Shown piece after piece: positions 1-8,864 of a stretch of DNA of 64,000 bases. The notes below the pieces were generated by a model that made no database searches, had not been told where the DNA came from, and was given only the letters and a program-made list of their open reading frames with translations. The position numbers and the translations under genes were made by a program. Within the stretch, counting starts at the first letter, position 1. The number at the start of each line of letters is the position of its first letter. The stretch is from Mycobacteriales bacterium (GTDB taxonomy: Bacteria > Actinomycetota > Actinomycetes > BP-191): the NCBI GenBank assembly GCA_035536235.1, contig DATLOQ010000119.1:9-64008 (forward strand), written 5' to 3'.

Positions 1-466
1 CGGCGGGCAGGAGGTACCAGTCGAGCGAGCGCACGAACGGGTAGACACACACGTAGCGCTTGGGATCCTCCCGCCTCACGAACGCCGGGACGTGGCTCTT
101 GTTGAACTCCGCCGGGCGGTGCAGGCCGACCACCGACCACACCGGCTCCATCGATCGACCCAGCCGGGTCTGCCTGAAGCGGGTGTCCGCCGACTGCAGC
201 GCGTCGGGGTCCGGACAGGTCCACCACACGAGCAGGTCGGCGTCCGCGCGGTAGCCGGCGACCGAGTAGGTGCCGCGGGTGTAGACGTCCTTGCGGCTCA
301 GCTCGTCGAAGAGGGCGCTGGCCTCTGCGGCGGCGCTCTCCCGACCGCCGTCGGCCAGCCGAGCGGCATCCGTGCGCGCCCGGAAGACGCAGTAGCTGGT
401 GTAGAGCAGCTCGTCGTTGAGCTCGCGGGCGGTCTTCTCGGTCGGAGTTCTCGCAGCCTCGGTCAT
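1..466 (-). CDS. hemQ: Coproheme decarboxylase / H2O2-dependent heme synthase (ChdC, old name HemQ); first ~155 codons only, gene continues past the left edge
   Basis: Not in the ORF track because there is no stop in the window. My translation of the minus strand from ATG 466..464 gives MTEAARTPTEKTARELNDELLYTSYCVFRA...DADLLVWWTCPDPDAL...KRYVCVYPFVRSLDWYLLPA, the chlorite-dismutase-like HemQ pattern. It sits near hemY/hemH/hemE. Confidence 0.8.
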   Translation of the reverse strand, partial: MTEAARTPTEKTARELNDELLYTSYCVFRARTDAARLADGGRESAAAEASALFDELSRKDVYTRGTYSVAGYRADADLLVWWTCPDPDALQSADTRFRQTRLGRSMEPVWSVVGLHRPAEFNKSHVPAFVRREDPKRYVCVYPFVRSLDWYLLPA

Positions 467-525
467 CGGCCCATTGTCCCGCAGGTCGCGCGTCGGCGTA
501 CTGCCGCTGCGGTCGCCGGGAGCTC

Positions 526-592
526 TTGACCGGGCAGATGTACCCGATCGTGACCCCCAGGGGGTCCACTTGGCCTGTTAACCGGGCAAATG
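526..592 (+). repeat. Copy A of a composite intergenic element: two 15-bp direct repeats (TTGACCGGGCAGATG 526..540 and TTAACCGGGCAAATG 578..592, 52 bp apart) around the palindrome GACCCCCAGGGGGTC (552..566)
   Basis: Read directly. The reverse complement of 521..600 aligns with 51796..51875 at about 62 of 80 positions by hand count. It lies upstream of hemQ and downstream of the peptidase gene. Confidence 0.75.
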
Positions 593-626
593 TCGAGGGC
601 GGCGCGGGGGCAAGGCAGGGGCGGGC

Positions 627-2354
627 CTAGCGGACGATCACAGCGTCGGGGAGCGGGTCGGCGTACAGGCGGACACCGTCGTGCACCGGGATGGTGAACT
701 CCGTGCCGCCCTCTCCGGTGAAGATGTCGATGATCGCCCCGGCCGCGAAGGTCGGCACCTTGTCCGGGTGGGTCGACTGGATCCGCAGCTCGAGGGTGTG
801 ACCCTTGGCCAGCACGTGCGCGACAGCCTGCGAGACCAGCGGGATCGTCATCTTCTGACCCGGTACGACGGGGCTCGGCTTGTCGTTGCCGTTGCGCAGC
901 TCCGGCTGGATGGCCCAGCCGGACATCGAGATCCGGTCGCGCTCGCCGTCGGGCGCCACGTCGTACAGCGTGGCGTTGATGTGGATCCGCTCGCCGAAGA
1001 CAGCCGTGACGAGCTTCATCGTGGGGATGCCGGCGATCAGCATCTGCTTCGGCAGCGCCTTCGTCGTGAAGACCGCTGAGTCAGGGGAGAACTCACCACC
1101 GGCAGGGTTGGCCCGGAATCGCACGCTGCCGGACTCGTCCGCCAGCTCGCCGAGCGTGCCGGAGTTGGCGTGCAGGGTCAGCGCTCGCGAGGGGGTAGCC
1201 GGCCACGAGGTGGGCGTGAAGACCCGCCCGTCGTTGAGGAAGACCTCGACGGGCGGACCGGTGTCGACCTTGCGCTGCAGCAGCTGCTTGTCGAACCACG
1301 CGTGCAGGGCGAAGGTCCAATGGTGCTCGCGGGTGGTGGGGCAGCAGCCGCTGCCGTGGTCCCACTGGCCGATCCACGCCTTGTCACCCGCGCGGCCGCC
1401 CCGAGCGTGGAACCAGTCGAGGGCGGCTATCCGGGCGGCGTTGTCGTTGACGCCATGCACGGCGAACATCGGGATCTTCGACGCAGCCGCACCCTTTCGG
1501 AAGTCGCGCTCCTTGTGCCAAGCAACCTCGGCGCCGCTGAAGTACGCCTCACCGGTGACGGCGGCCGACTGCGTCATCCCACAGCCGAAGTACTGCATGT
1601 CGCGGCCGAAGTTGTCCCCGCCGGGCAGGTGCCGGTCGATCGCGATCTGCTCGTACGCGACCAACGGGCCGGCCCACTGCAGGCTGTACGGCACGCCGTT
1701 CTGGAACTCGTGGTGGTACATCGCGCCCAACCCGGCGCTGGGGACGATGGTGACCAGGCCCTTGGGGTTCTGCGCGGCGGCCATCTGCGGCGTCGAGCCG
1801 ACGTAGGAGTGTCCGGTCATGCCGACCCGGCCGTTGGACCACGGCTGCTTGGCGGCCCACTCGACGATCGCCTTGGCGTCACGCTGGTCCTTCGGGCCCA
1901 TGTGATCCAGACAGCCCTGGGACTTGCCGGTGCCGCGCAGGTCGACCATCACGACGGCATATCCGCGCGGGGCGAAGTAGCCGGTCAAGCCGATCTTGTT
2001 CTCGTCGGCATCCACCGGCTCGGGCAGGATCCGGGTGCCCTCGCGGCTGCCCGCTCCGCCGTGGTACGGCGAGAGCTCGAGGATCACGCCGAACCGACCC
2101 GCGGCCTTGGGCCGGGTCACCTCGACGTAGAGGCTCGGCCCGTCCGGCATCTTCACCATCATCGACTCCTTGACCGTCGCGAAGCGCGCAGTCGAGAGGC
2201 CGCTGATCTTGGGGTAGTCGCGGGGCGGCCCCGTCGTGACAGTGGGCCGGCCGGTGGCGCCGGACCTCGACGGCGCGGCGTCGGACGCAGCGAGGCTGCC
2301 GGCGAAGACGAGCAGGGCGCAGGCGCCGGACAGGACGAGACGGAATCGGTTCAT
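627..2354 (-). CDS. Secreted S15-type Xaa-Pro dipeptidyl-peptidase / CocE-NonD family alpha/beta hydrolase
   Basis: ORF 627..2483. Nucleophile elbow GHSYVG. Family-like stretches LELSPYHGG, AVVMVDLRGTGKSQG, VHGVNDNAA. Signal peptide MNRFRLVLSGACALLVFAGSLAA from ATG 2354 (alternative ATG 2384). Confidence 0.75.
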   Translation of the reverse strand: MNRFRLVLSGACALLVFAGSLAASDAAPSRSGATGRPTVTTGPPRDYPKISGLSTARFATVKESMMVKMPDGPSLYVEVTRPKAAGRFGVILELSPYHGGAGSREGTRILPEPVDADENKIGLTGYFAPRGYAVVMVDLRGTGKSQGCLDHMGPKDQRDAKAIVEWAAKQPWSNGRVGMTGHSYVGSTPQMAAAQNPKGLVTIVPSAGLGAMYHHEFQNGVPYSLQWAGPLVAYEQIAIDRHLPGGDNFGRDMQYFGCGMTQSAAVTGEAYFSGAEVAWHKERDFRKGAAASKIPMFAVHGVNDNAARIAALDWFHARGGRAGDKAWIGQWDHGSGCCPTTREHHWTFALHAWFDKQLLQRKVDTGPPVEVFLNDGRVFTPTSWPATPSRALTLHANSGTLGELADESGSVRFRANPAGGEFSPDSAVFTTKALPKQMLIAGIPTMKLVTAVFGERIHINATLYDVAPDGERDRISMSGWAIQPELRNGNDKPSPVVPGQKMTIPLVSQAVAHVLAKGHTLELRIQSTHPDKVPTFAAGAIIDIFTGEGGTEFTIPVHDGVRLYADPLPDAVIVR

Positions 2355-2409
2355 GAGCGGTGTTTTCGGTGTACGTCGGCCCATTCCTGCCGCGGTTACG
2401 CTGGCGAGC

Positions 2410-3453
2410 ATGACCGAGATGGTGGTGGCCGCGGAGGACACCGGACTGCTCCGCCGATGGCGGGAGGTGCTGCGGACCACCAACCCGCCGGCGCTCGGCC
2501 CGGACCAGCAGATCGACGTCGTGTCGAAGTGGCTGGTGCTGACCCGCGCAGCGGTGCTGCCGATGACGCTGACCGCGGGACTGGTGGCCGGCCTTCTCGC
2601 CGTACGCCAGGAGGGATTCCACTCCGGCTACTTCGCGCTGGCGCTGCTGGGCATCACCTTGGCGCACGTGTCGAACAACTTGATGAACGACCTCTTCGAC
2701 AGCGAGGTAGGCCTCGACACGAACAGCTATCCCCGGGCCCTCTACGCCCCGCACCCCATCCTGTCCGGGATGATCTCCCGGCGTGGGTTGGCCCTCGCGG
2801 CACTTGCGGTCAACGTCGCCGACCTGGCGATCGGGCTTGTGCTCTTCAGCGCCCGCGGCTGGCCGGTGCTCGCCTTCGCCGTCTCCGGCTTCCTGCTGAG
2901 CGCCGCTTACACGGCACCGCCGCTGCGGCTGAAGAAGCGGGGCCTCGGCGAGCCTGACGTGTTTCTCGTGTGGGGGCCGTTGATGGTCGGCGGGACCTAC
3001 TACTCAGCGGTCGGCTCCGTGCCGGAGGCGATCCTCGCCGCGTCCATTCCCTACGGCCTGCTCTGCACGGCCGTGCTGATGGGAAAGCACATCGACAAGA
3101 TCCCGTGGGACTCCCCCGCCGGGGTCCGGACCCTACCCGTGATCCTCGGTGAGGACCGCGCGCGAGTGCTCACTCGGGCGCTGATGATCGGCTTCTACGT
3201 CGCCGTCGTCGGCTGCGTGATCGGCGGTGCGCTGCCGTGGCCGGCCCTCGCAGTGATCGGCGCACTACCGGTGCTGGTCAAGACCCTGCAACCGCTGCGC
3301 GAGCCGCGACCCGACGCGCCACCGGCCGGCTTCCCGGTGTGGCCGCTGTGGTTCGCCGCCATCGCCTTCGTGCACACCCGCCGAGCCGGCGCGCTGCTCG
3401 TCCTCGGCCTCGCGGGCGCCGCGATCGCCGACATCCCCGCCCCGGCGCTCTGA
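2410..3453 (+). CDS. UbiA-family membrane prenyltransferase, substrate unknown
   Basis: ORF 2236..3453, trimmed to ATG 2410 (MTEMVVAAED). Asp-rich motif NNLMNDLFDSEVGLD, many hydrophobic helices, and a second conserved block YTAPPLRLKKRGLGE. Confidence 0.75.
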   Translation: MTEMVVAAEDTGLLRRWREVLRTTNPPALGPDQQIDVVSKWLVLTRAAVLPMTLTAGLVAGLLAVRQEGFHSGYFALALLGITLAHVSNNLMNDLFDSEVGLDTNSYPRALYAPHPILSGMISRRGLALAALAVNVADLAIGLVLFSARGWPVLAFAVSGFLLSAAYTAPPLRLKKRGLGEPDVFLVWGPLMVGGTYYSAVGSVPEAILAASIPYGLLCTAVLMGKHIDKIPWDSPAGVRTLPVILGEDRARVLTRALMIGFYVAVVGCVIGGALPWPALAVIGALPVLVKTLQPLREPRPDAPPAGFPVWPLWFAAIAFVHTRRAGALLVLGLAGAAIADIPAPAL

Positions 3454-3456
3454 TGG

Positions 3457-3500
3457 CCCTGCGCTCTTCCGTGTCATAGAAGACACGGAAGAGCGCAGGG
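3457..3500. terminator. Perfect 19-bp-stem hairpin between the convergent UbiA and hemY genes (bidirectional terminator candidate)
   Basis: CCCTGCGCTCTTCCGTGTC (3457..3475), loop ATAGAA, GACACGGAAGAGCGCAGGG (3482..3500). The arms are exact reverse complements. It starts 3 nt after the UbiA stop and ends at the hemY stop. No U-tract. Confidence 0.7.
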
Positions 3501-4886
3501 TCACCCGGGTCGCGCCCGAAGGTGGGCGAGGACGGTGGCCGCGGCCTTCTCCCCGGATCGGATGCAGGCGGGCACCCCCACGCCGTCGTACGCCGAGCCG
3601 GCCAGGGCCAGTCCGGGCAAAGCGGCGAGCGCGGCGTCGACCCGGGCGATTCGCTCCCGGTGCCCGACGGCGTACTGCGGCAGCGCGTCGGCCCAGCGCG
3701 AGACGCGGACCTCGAGCGGGCGCGCGGTGAGCCCGACCGCGAGCGCCAGCTCGGTGAGCAGTCGCGCCACGATCTCGTCGTCGTCGTCGGGGGCCGGCTC
3801 GCCTGCTCGCCCGACGGAGCACCGCACGATTGTCACGTCGCCCCGGTCGAGGTGCGCCCACTTCGCCGACGAGAAGGTGCACGCCTTCATCAGGCGACCT
3901 TCGGTCGCCGGCACCAGGAAGCCGCTGCCTCCCGGCGCTCCCGCCAGCGCCCCACGAGGCAGCGCCATGGTCACGACCACGACCGACGCAGTCCTGACGC
4001 CGGCGAGCTCGGTCGACACCTCGGGGGCAGCGAATCGCAGCAGGCTGCTCGCGACAGGAGCCGGCGTCGCCGCGACCACGGCATCCACCACGAGAGCGCG
4101 ACCCCCGACCAGGGTGATCCGCCACGCGTTGCCGACCCGCTCGACCAGGGCCGCCCGGGACGACAAGCGCACGGCGTCGCCGAGGGAGCGCGCGATGGCC
4201 TGGGGCAGCTGCCCGAGGCCGCCGTCGAGAGACGAGAAGACCGGCGACGTGTCGACGGGTGCGGCCGCGGTGCGGCTGCGCACCACGCGCATCACGGAAC
4301 GCTGGCCGTGCGCTGCCGCAGCCAGCTGCGGCACTGTCGACTCGAGGCTTAGCTCGTCCGCCCGACCGGCGTAGACCCCGCCGAGCAAGGGGTCAACGAG
4401 GCGGTCGACGACCTGCCGACCGAGGCGGCGCCGGACGAGCTCCCCGACACTGATGTCGCCGACGGGTGCCGACGCGGGCAGCACCAGGTCGGCCGCCGCG
4501 CGGAGCAGTCCGGCCGGCGAGAGCACCCTGCTGGATGCCAGAGATCGCCATGACCCGGGCACGCCGAGGAGAGTGCCCTCAGGAATGGGGCGTAGCCGGT
4601 CCCCGATCCACACGTAGGCCTGCCCGGTGCTTGGCGAGACCAGCAGCTCGCCGAGCCCGACCTCACGGGCCAGCCGCTCCCCCTCGGGCACCCGGGCCAG
4701 GAAGGCGTCCGCTCCCGCGTCGACCTGGAGCCCACCGATCGACGACGTGTGCAGGATGCCGCCGACCCGCGCCGACCCCTCTAGCACGATCACCTCGATG
4801 GCGGGATCAGCGGTGCGATGGAGCGCATGAGCGCAGGCCAGTCCGGAGATTCCGCCGCCGATGACGGCGACCACCCTGCGCCCCAT
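3501..4886 (-). CDS. hemY: Coproporphyrinogen III oxidase / protoporphyrinogen oxidase (CgoX, HemY type, FAD-dependent)
   Basis: 461 aa. N-terminal dinucleotide fold VVAVIGGGISGLACAH. C-terminal LAGSAYDGVGVPACIRSG, typical of HemY. ATG at 4886. Confidence 0.85.
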   Translation of the reverse strand: MGRRVVAVIGGGISGLACAHALHRTADPAIEVIVLEGSARVGGILHTSSIGGLQVDAGADAFLARVPEGERLAREVGLGELLVSPSTGQAYVWIGDRLRPIPEGTLLGVPGSWRSLASSRVLSPAGLLRAAADLVLPASAPVGDISVGELVRRRLGRQVVDRLVDPLLGGVYAGRADELSLESTVPQLAAAAHGQRSVMRVVRSRTAAAPVDTSPVFSSLDGGLGQLPQAIARSLGDAVRLSSRAALVERVGNAWRITLVGGRALVVDAVVAATPAPVASSLLRFAAPEVSTELAGVRTASVVVVTMALPRGALAGAPGGSGFLVPATEGRLMKACTFSSAKWAHLDRGDVTIVRCSVGRAGEPAPDDDDEIVARLLTELALAVGLTARPLEVRVSRWADALPQYAVGHRERIARVDAALAALPGLALAGSAYDGVGVPACIRSGEKAAATVLAHLRARPG

Positions 4887-4894
4887 GTCCTGGC

Positions 4895-5875
4895 TCAGCG
4901 CGGGGGGACCGGTACGGCGTCGGTCGTCGCAGCTCTCGCTGACTCGGGGACCAGCGGCCGCGGCCGCAGGCGCCCTTCAGCGAGGGCCACCGCCACGATG
5001 ACGACCGCCCCGCCGACGAAGAGGTTCCAGCCGAGCGGCTCGTCGAGGACGGCCACCCCTAGCGCCACCGCGACGAGCGGGATCAAGAAAGTGACCATCG
5101 ACGCGCTGGTCGCCCCGATGTCACGGATCAGCCCGTGGTAGAGCACGAAGGCGATGCCCGTGCCGAGCGCCCCGAGCGCGAGCATCGAGAGCACGACTCT
5201 CGGAGTGAGCGTCATCGGCTCCCGGGAAGCCAGCGGGGTGATGACCCCGAGGATGACGGCCGACGCCGTGAGCTGGCAGGCGGCCAGGACCACCGGCGAG
5301 ATGCCCGTGCCGGACAGCTTCTTGCGGGTGAGGTTGAAGCCGACGCCGTACGACACCGCTGCACCGAGTGCGGCCAGCTGACCGGTGATCAAGTTCGCTT
5401 GGTCCGATCCGCGCCACGGCCCCAGCACGACCACCACCCCGAGGAAGCCGAGCAGCAGCCCGTAGACCCGCTCCCGGCTGGGCCGCTCCTCAGGGAGGAA
5501 GAGGATGGCGATCACCAGGGTCATCAGCGGGGTGGTCGCGTTGTAGACCCCGGACACTCCGCTGGAGATGCGCTCGCCGGCCCACCCGAACGCGTAGAAC
5601 GGGATGACGTTCGCCACCAGCGAGAGCACTGCCACCCGCCCCCAGAGGCTGCGGTCGCGCGGCACCGGCAGTCGCCGTACGGCGACGATCAGCCAGACCA
5701 CTACCGCGCCGGCCAGGGTGCGGCCCAGAGCTACCTGCAGGGGCGACAGCCCCTCGAGGGCCACCTTGATGAAGAGGAAGCTGGTGCCCCAGACCGCACC
5801 GAGGAAGCCGAGTCGGAGCAGCGCAGACCGGCTCATTCGCGCAGAGGTCATGGCGGAGTTCGCGGGAGCAGACAC
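4895..5875 (-). CDS. EamA/DMT-family permease, co-oriented and tightly packed between hemH and hemY
   Basis: 326 aa, about 10 hydrophobic helices with duplicated EamA-like halves (GAVWGTSFLFIKVAL..., ...ALGALGTGIAFVLY). 9-nt gap to the hemH stop and 8-nt gap to the hemY start. Start uncertain (GTG 5875, ATG 5851 or ATG 5836). Confidence 0.7.
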   Translation of the reverse strand: MSAPANSAMTSARMSRSALLRLGFLGAVWGTSFLFIKVALEGLSPLQVALGRTLAGAVVVWLIVAVRRLPVPRDRSLWGRVAVLSLVANVIPFYAFGWAGERISSGVSGVYNATTPLMTLVIAILFLPEERPSRERVYGLLLGFLGVVVVLGPWRGSDQANLITGQLAALGAAVSYGVGFNLTRKKLSGTGISPVVLAACQLTASAVILGVITPLASREPMTLTPRVVLSMLALGALGTGIAFVLYHGLIRDIGATSASMVTFLIPLVAVALGVAVLDEPLGWNLFVGGAVVIVAVALAEGRLRPRPLVPESARAATTDAVPVPPR

Positions 5876-5884
5876 CGACCGAGC

Positions 5885-6805
5885 CTACGCGGCGCCGCTG
5901 CGCTCGTCGGCCGCTTGCCGGACCAGCTGCGCCAGTGCCGCCATCACCTCGGGATCGGCGTTGATCGACCGCGTGCGCGCGAAGGGCAGGCCCAGCTGAC
6001 GGGCCAGCCCGGCTGCCTCGATGTCGAGGTCGTAGGCCACCTCCAGGTGATCTGCCGTGAAGCCGCAGGCGCAGATCACCACTCCCGGCGACTGTGCCCC
6101 GGCGCGGTCGGTGAGGATCTGCAGCACATCCGGGCCCAGCCACGGTTCGGCGGTGCGCCCGGCGCTCTGCCAGCCGACCGACCACGTGGGCAGGGCGAGC
6201 CTCTCGGCGACTTCCTGGGCTGTCTCGGCCAGCTGCATCGGGTACGGGTCGCCCATCGTCACGACGCGCTCCGGCACCGAGTGGGCAGTGAAGACGACCT
6301 CACCGCCGGGCACTAATGCCAGCGCGTCGGTGACGGCTCGGGCGAGGAAGTCGACGTACGCCGGCAGCAGGTGCCACGACGGGACGGTCTCGACCGCGAC
6401 GCCATGGGTCTCGCCCGCCGCAGCCGCCTTCGCGGCGTACTGGCCCACCGACACCGTCGACCAGTGCGGTGCCAGGACGAGCCCGACGGCTCGGTCGAGC
6501 CCGTCAGCAGCCAGCGCGGCCACCCCCTCCTCGATCGAGGGCGCGGAGTGCTTGGTGCCCAGCACAACCGTGAAGCGATCGGGCTCGGCAGCGTCGAGGG
6601 CACTCTGGATCCCGTCGAGCTGCGACTCGGTGATCGCGCGCAGCGGGAACGTGCCGCCGAGCGCGTCGTAGCGCGCAGTGAGGTCCGCCAGCTGCTGAGG
6701 CTCCGGAGGACGGCCGCGTCGGATGTCGGTGTAGTACACCTCGATGTCGTCGCGGTCCCGGGGCGTGCCGTACGCCATCACCAGCACTCCGACCCGTTCG
6801 GTCAC
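5885..6805 (-). CDS. hemH: Coproporphyrin ferrochelatase (CpfC / HemH)
   Basis: 306 aa. GVLVMAYGTPRDRDDIEVYYTDIRRGRPP and FTAHSVPERV are classic ferrochelatase blocks. GTG start at 6805. Confidence 0.85.
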   Translation of the reverse strand: MTERVGVLVMAYGTPRDRDDIEVYYTDIRRGRPPEPQQLADLTARYDALGGTFPLRAITESQLDGIQSALDAAEPDRFTVVLGTKHSAPSIEEGVAALAADGLDRAVGLVLAPHWSTVSVGQYAAKAAAAGETHGVAVETVPSWHLLPAYVDFLARAVTDALALVPGGEVVFTAHSVPERVVTMGDPYPMQLAETAQEVAERLALPTWSVGWQSAGRTAEPWLGPDVLQILTDRAGAQSPGVVICACGFTADHLEVAYDLDIEAAGLARQLGLPFARTRSINADPEVMAALAQLVRQAADERSGAA

Positions 6806-6810
6806 CGCTC

Positions 6811-6907
6811 AGCCCTGGTGACAGGCACAGCAAGATCACCACGGAGGGGGCGAGCCCTGGGGCCAGGCACAGCAAGATCACCACCTAACGGGTGATCTTG
6901 CTGTGTG
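6811..6907 (-). promoter_or_regulatory. Three-arm repeat between hemE and hemH: a 32-bp direct repeat x2 plus one inverted arm, allowing alternative hairpins
   Basis: AGCCCTGGTGACAGGCACAGCAAGATCACCAC (6811..6842) is repeated at 6853..6884 (29 of 32 identical, period 42). GGTGATCTTGCTGTG (6891..6905) is the exact reverse complement of CACAGCAAGATCACC, which is present in both copies (6826..6840 and 6868..6882). Confidence 0.6.
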
Positions 6908-6927
6908 TGTCCACAAGCGGTCATGGG

Positions 6928-7995
6928 TCAGTGGGTCGTGGTCTCGTGGACGAGCTCGACGACGCGGCGCAGCACATCGGGGTCGGTCTCGGGGAGCACC
7001 CCGTGGCCGAGGTTGAAGACGTGCCCCTCCAACCCGCGAGCTCGGTGGAGCACCTCCCGGGTGCGCTCCTCGACGACGTCCCACGGGGCCAGCACCACCG
7101 CCGGGTCGAGGTTGCCCTGCACCGCCTTGCCCGGACCGATGCGGCGGGCTCCTTCGTCGATCGGCAGGTGGAAGTCGACGCCGACGACGTCGGCGCCCGC
7201 CGCCGCCATCAGGCCCAGGATCTCGCCGGTGCCCACGCCGAAGTGGATGCGCGGCACCCCGAGGTCCGCCAGACCCGCGAAGATTTTCTGCGACGCAGGC
7301 AGCACGTGGCGCTCGTAGTCGGCAGCCGAGAGGGCACCGGCCCACGAGTCGAAGAGCTGTACGGCGCTGACGCCCGCGGCCACCTGCGCTCGCAGGAACG
7401 TCAGGGTGAGATCGGCCAGCGCGTCGAGCAGCTGGGCCCACCCCGCCGGGTCGGCGTACATGAAGGCCTTCGTGCGGCTGTGGGTCTTCGACGGCCCGCC
7501 CTCGACGAGGTAGCTGGCCAGGGTGAACGGCGCCCCGGCGAAGCCGATGAGCGGCACCTCGAGCTCCTTGACTAGGAGTCGGACAGCCTCGCCGATGTAG
7601 GGCATGTCGCTGTCGGGGTCGAGCGGTCGCAGCCGGTCCAGGTCAGCCGGTCCGCGGAAGGGCTCGTCGACTACCGGCCCCACCCCGGGTTTGATGTCCA
7701 GCCCGACGCCGATCGCCTTGAGCGGCAGCACGATGTCGCTGAAGAGGATGGCGGCGTCGACGCCGTGGCGCCGCACCGGCTGTAGCGTGATCTCGGTGAC
7801 CAGCTCCGGTCGCGTGCAGCTCTCGAGCATCGTCGTGCCGACGCGCAGCGCGCGATACTCGGGCAGCGACCGGCCGGCCTGGCGCATGAACCAGACCGGG
7901 GTGTGCGGCACCGGCTCGCGGCGACACGCGCGCAGGAAGGGCGAGTTCGCCAGCAGGGAGGTCACGGCAAGGATCGTCCCATGCCTGTCCGGCAC
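6928..7995 (-). CDS. hemE: Uroporphyrinogen decarboxylase
   Basis: 355 aa. [31 protein letters not shown] is the signature HemE N-terminus. GTG start at 7995 (alternative GTG 7965). Confidence 0.9.
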   Translation of the reverse strand: MPDRHGTILAVTSLLANSPFLRACRREPVPHTPVWFMRQAGRSLPEYRALRVGTTMLESCTRPELVTEITLQPVRRHGVDAAILFSDIVLPLKAIGVGLDIKPGVGPVVDEPFRGPADLDRLRPLDPDSDMPYIGEAVRLLVKELEVPLIGFAGAPFTLASYLVEGGPSKTHSRTKAFMYADPAGWAQLLDALADLTLTFLRAQVAAGVSAVQLFDSWAGALSAADYERHVLPASQKIFAGLADLGVPRIHFGVGTGEILGLMAAAGADVVGVDFHLPIDEGARRIGPGKAVQGNLDPAVVLAPWDVVEERTREVLHRARGLEGHVFNLGHGVLPETDPDVLRRVVELVHETTTH

Positions 7996-8028
7996 CAGCA
8001 GAGCGGGCAGCTGGCCGAAGGGGGCTGC

Positions 8029-8823
8029 TCAGCCGATCCGCAGCGCGAAGGACACCAGGCGTTCGGCCGCACCGGCGCCGGTGCTGACGAATACCGCCTC
8101 GTAGCTCGCCGCAGGGGTCTGGCCGGGATAGAAGTACAGGGCCTGGATCGAGGCGAGCCGGCCAGGGGCACCCGCGACCACCACCCCCGTGCCTCCGGAC
8201 ACTCCGCCGGTGGCGCACTGGGAGCCTGGGCGAGCCAAGCAGACGTCGTCCGCCGACACCACTCCCGCGGAGTAGGACTGCGCCGACGCGAGCACGACCA
8301 TCGACCCGAGCGTGACCGTCATCGGAATGCGGCTCACCGCTGTCGGGACTCCCATCGGCAGGGTCTGCCGCACCAGCTCACCGCGGACGTCGGCTCGACC
8401 TCGGGGCAGGAGCGTGACCGACCGCCCGAGACCTTTCGCGGGCACCCGCACCTCGCTGGGCCCGTTGGCCAGCAACGTGACGCGGTAGCGGCCCGCTGGA
8501 AGCCGGACGGCGTCGAACCCGCCGCCGAAGACCATCGGGACCTGATCGCTGTCAACGGAGAAACCAGCCGCGACCACACCCCCGACAGCGACACTGCCGT
8601 CAGCGCGGTGCACGACGAATCCGGCGAAGGTGCCGCCCATGCGTGCGCTCATCGCCCGGGCCGGCCCGAGCCCGCCGACCTCGAACGTCGTGGGCCGCCG
8701 GAGCACCAGGTTCATGCTCCTGCTGGCCACTCCCCGCAGCACCAGCACCTCAGCGGGGCTGGCCCAGGCCGCCGGCAGTCCGGTCAGACCGAGAAGCACC
8801 AGCAGCACTGCCAGTCGGCGCAT
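8029..8823 (-). CDS. Secreted hypothetical protein
   Basis: ORF 8029..9078, trimmed to ATG 8823 (MRRLAVLLVLLGLTGLPAAWASP, a signal peptide). Beta-rich sequence, no family recognised. Confidence 0.5.
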   Translation of the reverse strand: MRRLAVLLVLLGLTGLPAAWASPAEVLVLRGVASRSMNLVLRRPTTFEVGGLGPARAMSARMGGTFAGFVVHRADGSVAVGGVVAAGFSVDSDQVPMVFGGGFDAVRLPAGRYRVTLLANGPSEVRVPAKGLGRSVTLLPRGRADVRGELVRQTLPMGVPTAVSRIPMTVTLGSMVVLASAQSYSAGVVSADDVCLARPGSQCATGGVSGGTGVVVAGAPGRLASIQALYFYPGQTPAASYEAVFVSTGAGAAERLVSFALRIG

Positions 8824-8864
8824 GCCACGGACTTCGACGCCGCTGCGTCGGGCACCTCTCGGGC

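Noticed and set aside
6504-6884. ORF with the repeated peptide VILLCLAPGL / VILLCLSPGL as a possible leader or repeat protein
   Set aside because: The peptide repeat is a by-product of the DNA direct repeat in the hemE-hemH spacer, and the ORF overlaps hemH in another frame.
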